A stretch of DNA of 64,000 bases, taken from Bispira polyomma. Its lineage: Eukaryota. This document shows positions 38,064-51,353 of the stretch, in pieces. The stretch is from positions 46,562,001 through 46,626,000 of the forward strand of contig OZ287755.1 of assembly GCA_965649765.1 (NCBI GenBank), in the 5' to 3' direction. Position 1 is the stretch's first letter. The number at the start of each line of letters is the position of its first letter. A program made the translations under genes and the position numbers. Below the pieces are notes generated by a model that was not told where the DNA came from, ran no database searches, and saw nothing but the letters and a program-made list of their open reading frames with translations.

Positions 38064-41000
38064 CTAACCTAATCTATCAAGTTTTTGTATTACAGACTTA
38101 GCAAACAGTTTGATTGTCATCCCATCATCCCCGGCATGCCATTTTGAATGGGTTTTTCCTAATTGGTCATGGCATTCTCTGAGATCCACTTTCCTCAGTT
38201 GGGTACACCTTAAGAAAGCCTCCATCAGTTTCCGAAAGGCCTGCTTCGATAACTTGTTTTTTGACATCGTAATCTCGGTCAACCGTGGTAGAGAGCGAAG
38301 AACTGGTATCATAATGTCCACATGCATGTCACTGTTGAGGCCAGAATTTGATGCCTTAATATACTGCAGCTGTTTGCAATTGTTTAGGGCCAAGACAACA
38401 AACTGCCAGTTTTCTGCATTGCTAAGGTCATTGCCTACTACATTGATGCGCCTTAGTTGAGGGAAACATGGCAAGGCATTCCCAAGTTTCTTGAAATGAT
38501 AAGTGTGGTGAAGCTTGCACTCATTAACATTCAGTTTATCCAAAACGAAACAGTGTTTCAAACTCTCAGTAAAGTGTTCCCAGGTCACTTCATTTATATC
38601 ATGGAAATCATTTTCGGACACGTCCAGGTGTTCGAGTTGCACTAAATGCCCTAGAGTTTTAGCTAGTCTTTCAACTTGGAAATCTTGATGAATTTTGCAT
38701 TTGGAAATAGCAAGTTTTTTAAGGCGAGAACATTTTGCCAGCTGTTTTGTGAAGATGTCCCATTCTGTGTGATCACTGTCCCCTAGATTGTTGCCATCCA
38801 AGTTGAAGTGAAGAAGGGTTTGATGTAGAAATCCGAGAGTTTCCCCAAGACTGGCAACGTGTTCTCCTGTAAGGCTGTTCTTCGATAGCTTTAAATATTG
38901 CAGCTTTTGGCAGTGCTTTAGACCAGATATAAACACATGCCAGTCATGTGTAGCAATCCTACCAAGTGCATTGTGAGTCATATCTAGTGCAGTAAGGTGC
39001 TGAAGCTTTCCCATACATGTAGCATTGCCCTTGAAATGGCCAGGCTGTAAGCCACACTTTCCTAAATATAGCTTCTCCACAGTTGCTTTACCTAGTGCAT
39101 TAATAAAACCTTGCCAATCAGATGGTGTCACATTCTGCATGTTGTTTTTTGCAAGTAATACTTCTTTTAGGTTCTTGATTTTGTCAACAGATTTGGCTAA
39201 GCTTCTTACTTGATGAATCAAATGGCAGTTGGTGAAGTTAATAGTCAACAAGTATTTATTCCCTGGTAATGATGCACAAAAGAAACTCCATGAAATTTCA
39301 TCAATGTTACTGAGGTTGTTGTGAGATAAATCTATGGTCTGAAGCTCACAGCACTGAGTAACTAATTTTGTGATGCCAGTAATATGAAGTGACTTTGTCA
39401 ACCGACATCTGGAAAAACTTAACTCACGTAAGCTCTTTGCATTTTCACATTTTTCTGTAAATTTTGCCATGCTTGGGCTATCCATTTCTTCGAAGCTGTT
39501 TCCTGATAGGTTAATAGTCGCAATACATTTCATTTTGTGTAATGCATCACCTACTGCTAAAAGACACGATCTCTTATGAAGTTCACATTTACTTAAGTCC
39601 AACACTTTTAGATGTGCCAGTGTTTTAAAAGCTCTCAAAAACTTGACAACCTCAGTCTCACATAAATTTCCATAGCTATTTGCTGACAGGTTAAGGGTTG
39701 TCAAGTCAGGAAATTCTGCTAGAGTTCTCCCAAGTATTTGTATCTGGTAGTCATGCACTAAGTGGCATTTGCTCAGATGTAAATATCTTAATGCAGTCAG
39801 CTTGGTAATTGAATGAACAAACGATTCCCATGTGGCAGAATCAACGTGGCAAAAGTTATTTTGTGATAAATCTAGAAGCACTAATTTCGGAAGTAGATTA
39901 AACTTCTGGCCAAGACCCTGCAGATGAAAATTTTCATTCATCTTACAAGCAGTGAGTTTCAATTTCTCCAGGTCTGAGCAATTTCCAAGCTTCTCTGTAG
40001 CAATAGTCCATTTCTCCTGAGATACAATATCCCTTAAAAATGACTGATCTATACACAAAGCCTTTAACATGGGATTATAAAATCTTGCAAATGATTCTAT
40101 GTAAACCTTCTTGTAGATAACATTCGTAGTGCCCATGGAGCTGCACCAGTCATGATCAATGACAAAGTTATGACAAATTGAGACATTTGTACATTGTCTT
40201 TTAATAAGATGTGCAATCACTTTCTGTAATGACTCGGTCAAAGAGCTCAGATTATTACCCGAAATATCGATAAGTTGAGTGCTCGGATTCCTTGCCAAGT
40301 TCAGAAAAATATCCTCCAGATGGCAATTCTGCAGGTTACAAAATGGAAATCTTAGTTCCTTCAGCAATGGTCTGGATTGTAAAACATCAATCAGATCCCT
40401 CCAGATGTTGTACCCCAGTGTGGACATGTCTTTGTTTCTGATTTCCAGATGTGTTACTTCGTCACTATTGCTAATTGCTGAGGTCAAAAGTTGCAAATCT
40501 ACATCAGCCCCTGCAACACTTATTACAGAGGGCAGTTGGTTCTCTAGCAAGTAAGACTCTAGGATGTCACCTGTCTTGCTCTCCCTTGATTCAGTGATGA
40601 TGCTCTCGCAGTTGTCATTCCAGCAAACACTTGCTTTAATCCCATACAATTCAGTTAACAACAGACATTTGAAATGATTGGGCATATTTTTGCAGACATA
40701 ATCATACATAGCCATGCTGTAATTGTCTGGAACACTAGGAAAATCACTATACATTCTGTTTTTCTTCACATTAAGCAGGTACCTAGCATAATGTTTAACA
40801 AGTGAGACATCCTGTGATTCAAACACCAGCGATGTTTCATATTGGGTATCAAATATACTTCTGTTGTTTTTATCTTGATTAGCCTGTAAATGGCATGCAC
40901 ATATCCCATACAAGAATACATCCTTCCCAAACTCTGCTGACATTCCTGATGCAAACTGTATTGTAGTCACAAGCTGTCGAAAGCTTTCTTCCATTGTTTT

Positions 41001-42355
41001 TGTTTCTTCACTGAATTCTTCTTGTTTTGGTGGTTCCCACTCTTTTCGAATGCAAACATTTTCCAAACCATCTAATATTCTTTTGTTGTTAAACATTGTC
41101 CTTTTCAAAGTCATTAAGTGCATCGCTGTCTTTGGGAATCCAATCTTTGCACAAAATATTCCAGCAAAATATTCCTGAAAGGTTTTGTGGCAAAATGTAT
41201 ATGCACGTTGTCCACCATTCATTTGTTTTAAACTTCCAGGAACTTCAATAAAGTAGCCTATCTTCTGAACCAAGTCTGCTTCCAGAAAGTTGTCTTCTAA
41301 ATCACTTTGATAGAAAACATGGTCTTCCTGAGCCAGTTTATAGAAGCTCATTCTACCTATGAGGTGTTTCAGCAAAGGTAAGGATTTTTTTATGTGCTCT
41401 CTTACATGAGAAACAACCGGCATTTTGGCAGAGTACCTTTTCTCAAACACTTCCGCAAATGTGTCGTACATCTCAAGTCTGGTTCTTGGTATGGATAAGG
41501 TCTGCAATGAGTTAGAGGCACAATGTTCACGAGCCAAGACACAGAGCAATGTCAAGTATATTGGCACTCCCAAGATTTTATGGTCAAACAGAAAGTCTTT
41601 ACACCGAGAAATAAATGTCTCAACATCCTCTGGTCCAGCTTTTTCACCCAACATACGATGTATAAATGTTCCTCTGCTTTCTTCTGTTACACCATTCAAG
41701 GTCACCATTAAATCTGCATAAGGCTTCAGCTTCTCGAGAACACTTTGATACATTCTAGTTGTGACAATCACTGTTGCTTCTGGCAGTTTGGTCCTATTGA
41801 TGAGTTTCCAAATATCAGAGTGACCAAAACTGGAGATTCTCTCGTCCAGGCCATCTATTAAGAATGTGAGTCGGCGTTGAAAAGCAACATCCTGCATGAA
41901 GTACTCAAAAGCTGGCCTGTATTGCTTTCCAATGAGAATCAGATCTTCAAATATTATGTCAATTAAATCATGGCTATGCACTGAACGGGCTGGGATATAA
42001 ATAATAAAGCTGTTTTTGTTTGGTAGAGAATCGGTTGCCCAACCCATTGTCCATCGCTGGAGAAAGACTGTTTTACCAGATCCTGGGTTTCCCTCTACCA
42101 ATATGACTCTGTGTTCTTTCACATTGTCCACAAATAGTCTATCAGCATCTTTGATTTTGTATGTATCTTGACCATTCTGCCAACGACAGTTACTTGCCAT
42201 TCCTTCATACCTGCCCTTTGGTACATGTAGAATAGCATTCAATCGCAGTAGTTTTGCTCTATCTTCAATGACATCAAGGTGAAATAACTCTCCAGGAATG
42301 GGAATAATATCTTTTAGTTTGGTCAGCAAAATTTCTTTCATGTTTGAGAGCATAT
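38064..42355 (-). CDS. NLR gene 1, terminal exon: NACHT NTPase, winged helix and ribonuclease-inhibitor-like LRRs
   Basis: Walker A GNPGSGKT, Walker B FLIDGLDE, sensor VTTR, WH motif FCHKTFQEYFAG, many LxLSxN/LxLSxC repeats; acceptor TTTCCAG|AT (phase 1). Confidence 0.93.
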
Positions 42356-43400
42356 CTGGAAATATACCATTGACATGTATATCAGTTTAAACTAAATTCA
42401 ATCATATCAAAATTATAATTCTTAACAAAGACATTACTTATTATTGTGACAGGGGCCTGTAAATAAGGAGCATACATTACAATACAAAAAGCTAGAGAAA
42501 CAAAGTCTCCCTTACAATGTTTGATAGCAATGTGAGGCAATACAGTAAAACTAACGTTCGCGCTCTGTAACCTCTTCCTCATTTTTTGCATTAAAATTGA
42601 CCATTTACAAGTTCCGACCAACAACCACCATTATAATTTTAGTTGTAAAACTGTGAACACCAAAGTATATTCAGTGAGTGGTAATCCAATATCAACAGAT
42701 AAAAGTGACATATTGCAATGGAAAGCATTTATGTGAGGGGACAATAATATAATTTGTGACATCGCACATCTTTGACTCCTCAATTATTCCTCTCGCTATT
42801 CCTTGGAACTTCAATGGCAAATCTATTAACTGATATTTATCACTTCAAAGTATTTTTTGACAAGCAATCCAGATAATACAACTGAACTCACTTCTATTAA
42901 ATGAAAATTTTAGAATATAGATAGCATAAGGATCATACAACAATATTGTATACAGCAGTGATGTATTTAAGGGAATTTGTTTTTAAATCTCCACTTAAGC
43001 AACAACCAATAAATTAGGTTTCATAGAATAACTGATCAATACTAGCAACCATTTTTAGGTCGTCGTCTTGTACAAATTTTTATATTTTAGTTTATACTCC
43101 TGTTGTAACATATCAAAACAAAGTAACAACTTGCAATTGAAAGACATTTGATGAAGACACAATTTACCAGTTACAGTAGCTGGTGCTGAGCAATTAAAAT
43201 TACCTTGCATGTACTGAGAAGTTGACAGGTACCATGTTTTCAAAGAAACAACAGCTTTCAGAAAGAGTTCAGGTTAGAAATAGAACACTACTTTTGCATA
43301 TATGTTTGCTTTTCAAAAAGTGTGAAAAAACCTGTTAGACAATGTCATCAATCTTGTTGGAAAATGTATTGTTAGTACATATAAAGAGACCCAATCTAAC

Positions 43401-44010
43401 CTTCAAAAACTTCTTCAAGTTTTACATGGAGAGATACCATCAGTTTACTCTGCCCTATGATACGGAATAACTCTGCATTCGGATTATTATCTGAGTGCTT
43501 GAAAAAGCACATGACACTTGAAATATCAGATCCATGAAGTTGTTGTAGAATATGTTTGATTTTATCCTGGTTTGATTCACCTCTGCAGGAAATGATCACA
43601 TCATCTGATATCAGTCTGGCTACAAGAGAATTAACATCTCTCAGATTTTCTGTCAGTAGCTTATAATTCTGTTGTATGCAGTCCCTTACTAACTTCTCAA
43701 CTTCCAGCCATTCCTTACTTGTATTTCGGGCTTCGCCGACAATAACATTGTATACAACTTTGTTGTTACTGCTAAACAGAGCATCTAGGAACTTTTTTGC
43801 TTTTCCTCCTGTAGTGTCAGACAGTATGATTTCTATTAGAAATGACAGTTTGTCTTCATCTGAAGTACAAACTTGTACTTTTTCCAGATCAGCTTGATGT
43901 ATCACAAAATCTGCGAAAAGCACAGAAATCAACTGATTCACATGTTTGGTTTTGCTTTTTATTTCTTCAGCAAGTCTCACAATCGATTCCCTGAGTTGCA
44001 ATTTGTCTAC
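43401..44010 (-). CDS. NLR gene 1, exon with two CARD-like death-fold domains
   Basis: Acceptor TTTTTCAG| (phase 0); donor GAAG|GTTAGA (phase 1) joins the NACHT exon in frame; two helical repeats with V..L...L....VI pattern; paralogous to 62592-63219. Confidence 0.8.
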
Positions 44011-45019
44011 CTGAAAAATAGTTCACAGATAAGATTATGTCCAGATAAAACAAGTCAAAAGAATTTCCCAGTTTTTCTGGTATTATATATTCTTCAATTT
44101 TAGGTGTGGATCTGGGGCAAATTTTTACAATAGCTATACAGAGATTGTTTGTTTCCATGATTACTCAAAAACTACTAAGACAATTACGATTGGATTTGGT
44201 AAGATGGCCTATGGGCAAAGAAAAAATTCGATAAATTTTTGAGTGTATCAAAGCAGAAGGTGGGAACCCAGATTTTTTTTTTTTTTTTGACTCCCTCGTA
44301 CCTTGGAAGTGCAAAAAAAATGACAATGCAGGCTAGTGAGTATTTTCATAGGATCTTCTCAAAATGTAATTAAAATTCAAATGTCCTGTTCAGTTCTGTA
44401 CCATATGATCAGGCCTTATCTGTATCTGGTAAAAACGGAGTATTTTTTAAATATGTATACAGCAAACATATTTGTCAAAATAAGAAAACGATGTGACAGT
44501 AAAAATATCATATAGAAGAAATGATATATTGTAGTGATATAAGTAGGATGATGACTACCATAACTTATAACCTCACACTGTTCTGTTGTTGGACATGTAT
44601 GCTCTCTAAAGATATCAATTTCGACCTTTTGAAAATTTACATTATCCATTTTTTTTTATCATTCATTTTCGTCCAAGTCCCAAAAAGTAAAGATGGTTTT
44701 ATTTTTAGAAGTTCCCAATACTTCTAAGTAAGCTTCATATTACCACATTTTTAAAATATCAACTACTTTCATAAAGTTTTGAAACATTCAAGATGGCTAC
44801 CCAATCGTCAATTTTACCTGTGTCAATCCTCCTTCTGAGCAGTGGGACGATGGAGGTTAGACATTTAAAACATACAAACTCAAAATACGGCTGCCAGATA
44901 TACAAGTCCATTGTAGTTACTAGATATCAATATATAAGGTTTACATACGAGTAAAAATGTTTTATGGTGGGCTGACGCTTATGCGGCAGCCCCCTCAGTT
45001 CTGGTGGCAGGTCACTGGG

Positions 45020-45092
45020 GGGCCAATTAGGCCACCTGGGGTCATGAGGGCAAGTATAAAAGGGTTTGCCGCCAACAGGCACCATCATTAAT
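45020..45092 (+). promoter_or_regulatory. Putative Pol II promoter of element 2
   Basis: CCAAT at 45023, TATAAAAGG at 45055, Inr-like TCATTA ~30 bp downstream. Confidence 0.55.
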
Positions 45093-45149
45093 TTACAGAA
45101 CTTTGCTGGAACAAGAGTGTTTTACAACGGGGCTTTACTACCCCTACTA

Positions 45150-46000
45150 TTGCTTATACTACAACAACTGGTGGCCATGAATGAGAAGATGGATAGCATG
45201 GATCAACGAGTACAAGCTACTGAGGCGGCGCTGTGCACTCCCAGCGCCAGTAAGGCATGTAATCTTTCTTCTAAAACTGATTCTAGTGCAACTAAGGTTA
45301 CTGAACCCGTGGCTGAGGCCGTTATACCCTCTTTAGAACACTTGCATACCAATGAAGGTTTGCAATTTCAGGTTGATCAGCGGCTACTGCAATTACAGCA
45401 GTTAAACGATATTACCAGAGGTAAATTTAAGTCTCAAAGGGGTGGTGCTGAGGCCCCAATAAAAAGAAATGTGGACTGGCCACAAAATTTTGTCTTGTCT
45501 GGCGTCAAAAAAGTTAGACCCACGTATGATGACCTTTCTCTGGTTCAGTTTGTATCTGGTTTTATTCGTTGCATTCAAGAGCAGAAAGTCCCCACTGCCT
45601 GAGAGGCTATGTTAGATTATCTCGCGAATTTAATGGACGACGCCCATGATTTCTCTTGGGACGCCGCTAAAGCTTCACATGCCATATTGCTTACCAATAT
45701 GGAACTGGATCGTCCTAATTGGACGGACACTGACAAGGTCGACCGGATACGCCGTGCTCATGCACAACGTCATATACCCTCGGCATCTAGTGGGTCTAGC
45801 TCTTCTAAAACCAGTAGTAATGGTAAAAACAAAAGTCAAGGTAATCAAATGGTGTCAATTGTCGTTTCTTCCAGGAAGGAACATGTAAGTTTAGTGCTAG
45901 CCATCGCACCTCGGGGCAACTATTCAAACACTGCTGTGAGAGTTGTGATGGAAACCACCAGACTAAGCTTTGTTCTAAAAAAGGTTCTGCAAAAAACTAA
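45150..46000 (+). pseudogene. gag of element 2 (5' part missing, TGA at 45600, frameshift at ~45847)
   Basis: KSQRGG..WPQN..YDDLS, LMDDAHDFSW; shifted frame gives CRFFQEGTC...HCCESCDGNHQTKLC...KN*. Confidence 0.85.
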
Positions 46001-46026
46001 GGGGCCACTGCCGGAGTGCAGTGGTT
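45991..46026 (+). promoter_or_regulatory. Putative -1 frameshift signal of element 2
   Basis: A-AAA-AAC at 45991-45997 directly before the gag TAA; stem CCACTGC/GCAGTGG with 6-nt loop; the -1 frame runs into ORF 46021. Confidence 0.75.
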
Positions 46027-48452
46027 GAAAACAAATCTGTAGACGAAATATATTCTAGGGTTGTATACAATTCCAACTTTGTTGATTTTAAACTGTTTAA
46101 TCATGTTTGTTTTAATTCACGTGTGTGTGTAAAGCCAAGTGTACGACGTTCCTATCGGGACGTGTTGATAAAAAAGACAATGGGTGCCCTAAAAACTTTC
46201 AGTAGAAAACCCAGTGCGGGCGAAATTGGGGAAACAAGCCAAACTGAATCCCATCCAGTTAAAGTTGCTCTCAAAACGTTTGCATATGGGGGTAAAAACG
46301 TGGGCTGTCAACCCGTTGTTAACATTCAAGTGCTTTCCAAAAATAGTATGCCAACCAAGAGCTGTGACCATTTCAACTCAGTTAATGTGTCAAGCAAAGG
46401 TGACGCCTCCATTGTGAATTCCAAGTTAAATGGTGTCAAACAAAACCATGAGAGAAAAAGGGCCCCCATTGTTGAAACAATTAAGTCCAGCTCGGTGAAA
46501 AACAGCAATTAGCCCTTCATAATAGGTTTGATTGTTTGGATATCCCTTGTGTAGAAACAAATAGTGTTGTGGGCGACCAAGGGCGAGGGGGGGGGGGCGA
46601 AGCTGGTGAAAAGACTGCGCCTCTCCCCAAACAAGCTACTACTAAATTGATTCATTGTGATGATAAGTATGCCTTAGACCTCCCTAAAGGCCCTGACAAA
46701 AGAAAACGCTTGAATGATGCACAAGACTGCGTGACTTACAAATTGTGGGACATCCAAAATAGTGGTAAATATGGGTTTATTCCGGTGAGTGATTGGGGTG
46801 ACCCTGTGATAGACCATTCTAGTGACAGGCTAACAATGGATGTGTTCACCATGCACAAATATGTTAAATTGGATGAGCGTCCTAACTATGAAGGACTTCA
46901 GATACCCGTTAGTACACAACTTAATGCCTCTGTGTGGGCCAAGTATCTAGTAGACTACTGGGATTGGGAGCTTCCTTTATTGATAAAGTTCGGGTTCCCC
47001 CTTGATTGTGACAGAAAACATGAGTTTAAGTCAGAACTCTGTAATCACTCTTCTGCCACCCAGTACCCTGATCAGGTGACACACTATCTAACGGAAGAAT
47101 GTCAGCTCGGTGCTATGTACGGACCATTTACGGTCCCCCCCATTGGGGATATGCACATTTCACCTTTCATGACCCAAGATAAATCGAGCTCGGTTAACCG
47201 ACGGGTAATCATAGATCTGAGTTGGCCACAAGGCCATTCGGTTAATGCTGCGGTTTGTTCCAACTCGTACTTAGACAAAGAATTTGTGCTTACTTACCCG
47301 TCTATTGATACTATCACTAGTCAAGTCTTGGCCATGGGTAGGGGATCACTCATATTTAAGGCCGACATTAGTCGGGCTTTCAGGCACGTGACCATCGATC
47401 CGAAAGACATAAATCTATTAGGTTTGTACTGGGATGGGTATTACATTGATGGGTCACTACCTTTTGGCTATCGACACGGCTCGGTTATTTTCCAGTGAAT
47501 TTCGGACGGAATAAGGTACATAATGGAGGGTGAAGGTCACCACATTACCAACTACATCGACGATCTCTTATGTTGCTCTATTCTTTCGAAAGTACACAAA
47601 ACATATGACCGATTACAAGCATTGTTAGTAGAGCTGGGTTTAACCCTGAGCCAGAAGAAGCTGGTTCCCCCCTCTACCAGAGTAATGTGCCTGGGCATTG
47701 TTATAGACACCATGCAATTCACCACCTCTATACCAGAGGAGAAATTGGCTGCCATTCAGACTACGTGTAGTAAGTGGGTGGCCAAAAAATCTTGTACCAA
47801 ACGGGAACTTCAGTGCTTACTTGGTTCCTTACTTTATGTTTCTAAGTGTGTCAAATATTCACGTTTTTTCTTGAATCGAATGTTGCAACTCCTTAGAAGC
47901 AATCATAACAGTAAAACCATGAATATCACCCCCGAGTTTCGCAGAGATCTGAACTGGTTTGTGGCGTTCCTCAATAAGTAACCTTTTTTCTCCATGCCCC
48001 CACTACTGCCACCATAGAATTAGATGCCTGTCTCACTGGTATATGGGTAGCAAGTTTATTTTCTCCCCATACCTGCCTCCATGCAGAATCAAAACATCGC
48101 CTCGTTGGAAATGTTAAACATATATGTTGCTTTAAGGTTGTGGGGTGAGCAGTGGGAGGGTCAAAAGATACTTGTAAAGTGTGATAACCAGGCTGTGGTT
48201 AGTGTCCTCACCCATGGTAGAACTCGTGACTGTGAGTTGGCTCTCTACTCACGCAATATATTTATGTTGGCCAGTCAGTTTGACGTTGAGCTAAAAGTCA
48301 TACATATTCTAGGTGAGAACAACACTGCTGCAGACTTGCTGTCCCGTTGGACTAACTCAGTAAAGGATAATGTTCTCTTACAGGAGCTGGTGGGCCTGCC
48401 TCAGTGGTGTCCAGTGTCAAATAACTACTTATTGCTCAATCATGAAATTTAA
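45997..48452 (+). pseudogene. pol (RT-RNaseH) of element 2
   Basis: RT motifs KADISRAF, LPFG, YIDD; RNaseH LDAC, LEMLN, CDN, ADLLSR; stop at 47496 and several frameshifts. Confidence 0.9.
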
Positions 48453-48492
48453 TGTATATATGTTGTTCTCCTGCCAGTGTTCTGTTTTACAG

Positions 48493-49514
48493 ATAGAGAT
48501 CCCCTGCAACAGTTATTGTACAAAAATGCAACCAAGAAACTGCACCTGGCTTTCTGCAGATCAACTGACAGGTCCTACACAGCCATGCATAGGCTGTATT
48601 TGGCTTATGCCTCTTTCATGAATCTGCCTTTTGACCAGGTGACAGTTTTTGACTTACTTGCCTTTTTAGAACTGTTGCAACACAATTCTGTAAAACCAGC
48701 CCATATGGCAAACTAACTATCTGCCATTAAGGCTAAATGTATTGTTTATAATGTTCCCTCAAATGCCTTCAGTGACCCCCGCATTGCCTATTACCAAAAG
48801 GCAGTACAGCTAGCTGCCCCCCTTCATGTTAAGCTAAAGAAAATTATTGACATACCCACTTTAACCCATATTATTGAAATTTCTCTCACTACTTATATGG
48901 GTGTGATGTTTAAAGCCGTTTACCTTGTCAGCTATTTTTCTTTTTTACGCTTGTCCAATCTAGTCCCCCATTCTGCTTTGCAGTTCTCACCTCTTAAGCA
49001 TCTGGCTAGGGCCGATGTTATGATTCACAAGGATAAAGCTGTGCTCCTAGTGAAATGGTCAAAGACCATGCAAAGCAACAATCAAATCAAATTAATCACT
49101 GTTCCTAGGCTTTCGGGCTCCCCTCTCTGCCCGGTGAGGTCAATGGAGGACATTTTGCTGCTAACCTCCCCTGAGCCTAACTCCCCGTTGTTTCAATTCA
49201 AGGTTAATGGCAACTGGTTGCCTCTAACTGATACTCGAGTGCATCGGCATTTTAAAGATATACTTGCTAGGTTGCAGCTAAAACATTCTGGCCTTACCTT
49301 TCACGCTTTCCGTCGTTCAGATGCCCCTTTTGCTTTCAATCATAATGTCAGCATTCAAAATATTCAAAATCATGGCACCTGGACGTCGGACTGCGTATGG
49401 AGGTACGTCGCAGACTCGGTGGATGCTGGCCACCAAGTGGCTGACACCTTCAAACAGCATCTTTCCACTACTTTTTCTTCCCAAGTCCTATTGTTGGGCT
49501 TTGGGTGTTTGTAA
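48493..49514 (+). pseudogene. Tyrosine recombinase of element 2 (in-frame TAA at 48714)
   Basis: FLRLSN, KWSKT, HAFRR, HGTW, WRY; aligns with the element 1 YR throughout. Confidence 0.88.
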
Positions 49515-50737
49515 TTAATAATACCTCATGTGTAACAGTTGAACTATTATGTAAATTCGTTAAATTATTGCCTAGTCTAGTCTAAATGTAATGTACTACA
49601 TGCTAAGAATGTTAACTGTACTATCACTTGCAAGTGGCACTATTACTTTGACTTTCTATTACTTTATTACTTGCCTGTCAATACCTTTAATTTGACTCCA
49701 TTGTATGAAAGTGCAAGGGCTAAAGTTCAAACTCTCAGTCATAATTTATGGTCACCTTACTGTTGCTAATTGCCTACGGGCTGTGTGATTTCCATAAACA
49801 AGTAAATTTGCGTAAGGTGACCTTTAAATCTTTAATTATGCTACGTAAAATATTTATGACTTTAAGTGACCTTAAGTCACTTACGTTCCTATTTAAATTA
49901 TAATTTACCTAAGGTGACCTTAAGTCGCCCTGTTTAAGTTGTTATATTAAAATATAATTTACCTAAGGTGACCTTAAGTTGGCCCGTTTAAGGTGACCTT
50001 AAGTGTCACGCTGTATTAAAACTTATAGGACGCAAGTCATCTTGTACATAGTAGTTTTAACACTTAGATTAACATAATAAATATTTTACCGCATTCTGTA
50101 TCATTTATATCTTGCCTTCTTGACCTCTGACCCCTCTGGCCTGTCACTCGGGGAAATGTTATATAATGTCCACATACATGTTTATGGTTCAAAAATAATG
50201 CCAGATGTAAATAATGTTTACATATATGTTTATGGTTAACATGTGAATTGAAATGTTTTTATTAGACTTTTTGTACAGCGTTATAGAGGTAGGTAGACAC
50301 ACACGTAGGAAAAGGTCACAATATTGTAAAACATTAAAAATACATCTTTATCATGGAGGGCTCCCTGAATATTTCTTTAGTGTTGTGGGTAAAAATGTTG
50401 TAAATTATATTTATATTATATGATAAGATATATATCAGCTACCCAATGAAATACATAAAAATACAAATCTAACAGGGATATGACGACAGGTACCAAGAGA
50501 TCACTTGGTTGAAAACGTTATGGTCATGAAAAATTTCAAATTTCTATGTGGTTTTATAATTCACGCACGTATTGATTGATGAAAACCCTTATGCAAAAAG
50601 TCTGTATTGTATAATGTACATGTTCATGTATATGATTATAATTGTGGTAAGATGGTTAACGGGCCCAGGTCTGCCACCACTAAATGTACAGTACACTTTA
50701 TGTGGCTCCCTGAACACGACACATAAACGGAACCTAA

Positions 50738-51353
50738 TGCTGTGGTCACATTCAGCTTATGTTCCACTTACGCACAAAAAATGGCTAATGTAAGCTAAAA
50801 CGTAGTGAACATAAGTAAAACGTAGTAAACGTAAATAACGTATACAAGTAAACGTAAGTAAAATACTTTAAGTTTTGTTATTTCCCCTTTTTTTTAAAAA
50901 AAATATCTTAATTTTTGCACAGCTCGAAATTTAAACGGGTGGTGCGTTCGCGGCAAATGTTTGACACGTATGCGTATTTGACATAAAGGATGGGTCCACA
51001 AATAATATTAAGGACGAGGAGAGCAAGAACGAAACGGGTTTACAAACGTTAAAAACAAGAACAAGACTAAAACAGATTTAGAAGCGTGGCTAACATATTT
51101 CTAAAAACGTGGCTAACGTGGCTAATGAGGCTAACATATCATTAAAACGTGGCTAACGAGTTGAACATAATTGAAATGGCTAATAAAATGTATTAAATGC
51201 ATGTACAAACGTGTACAGATGCGTACTAAACATGTAACGTGAAATGGCCGATACATTTGATTTTTGCTGCGTTTCCCAATACATGTATTTTGTTTTCTCT
51301 TGTTTACGAAAAAAACAAAACGTAACGCGAACGTACTTAGTGTGACCACAGCA
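50738..51353. mobile_element. PIF/Harbinger-type MITE, copy 1
   Basis: TIR TGCTGTGGTCACA / TGTGACCACAGCA with TAA duplication on both sides. Confidence 0.85.

Larger units (their letters stand above)
44962..50155 (+). mobile_element. Tyrosine-recombinase retrotransposon (Ngaro-like), element 2, degenerate; ends approximate
   Basis: gag, RT/RNaseH and YR collinear with element 1; multiple stops and frameshifts; promoter-like 5' end and palindrome-rich 3' end; no second repeat copies found. Confidence 0.88.

Noticed and set aside
44302-44890. Candidate first exons of NLR1 (44349-44302; 44890-44818)
   Set aside because: The first is in phase but lies beside a decayed repeat and has no paralog support; the second has an in-frame stop
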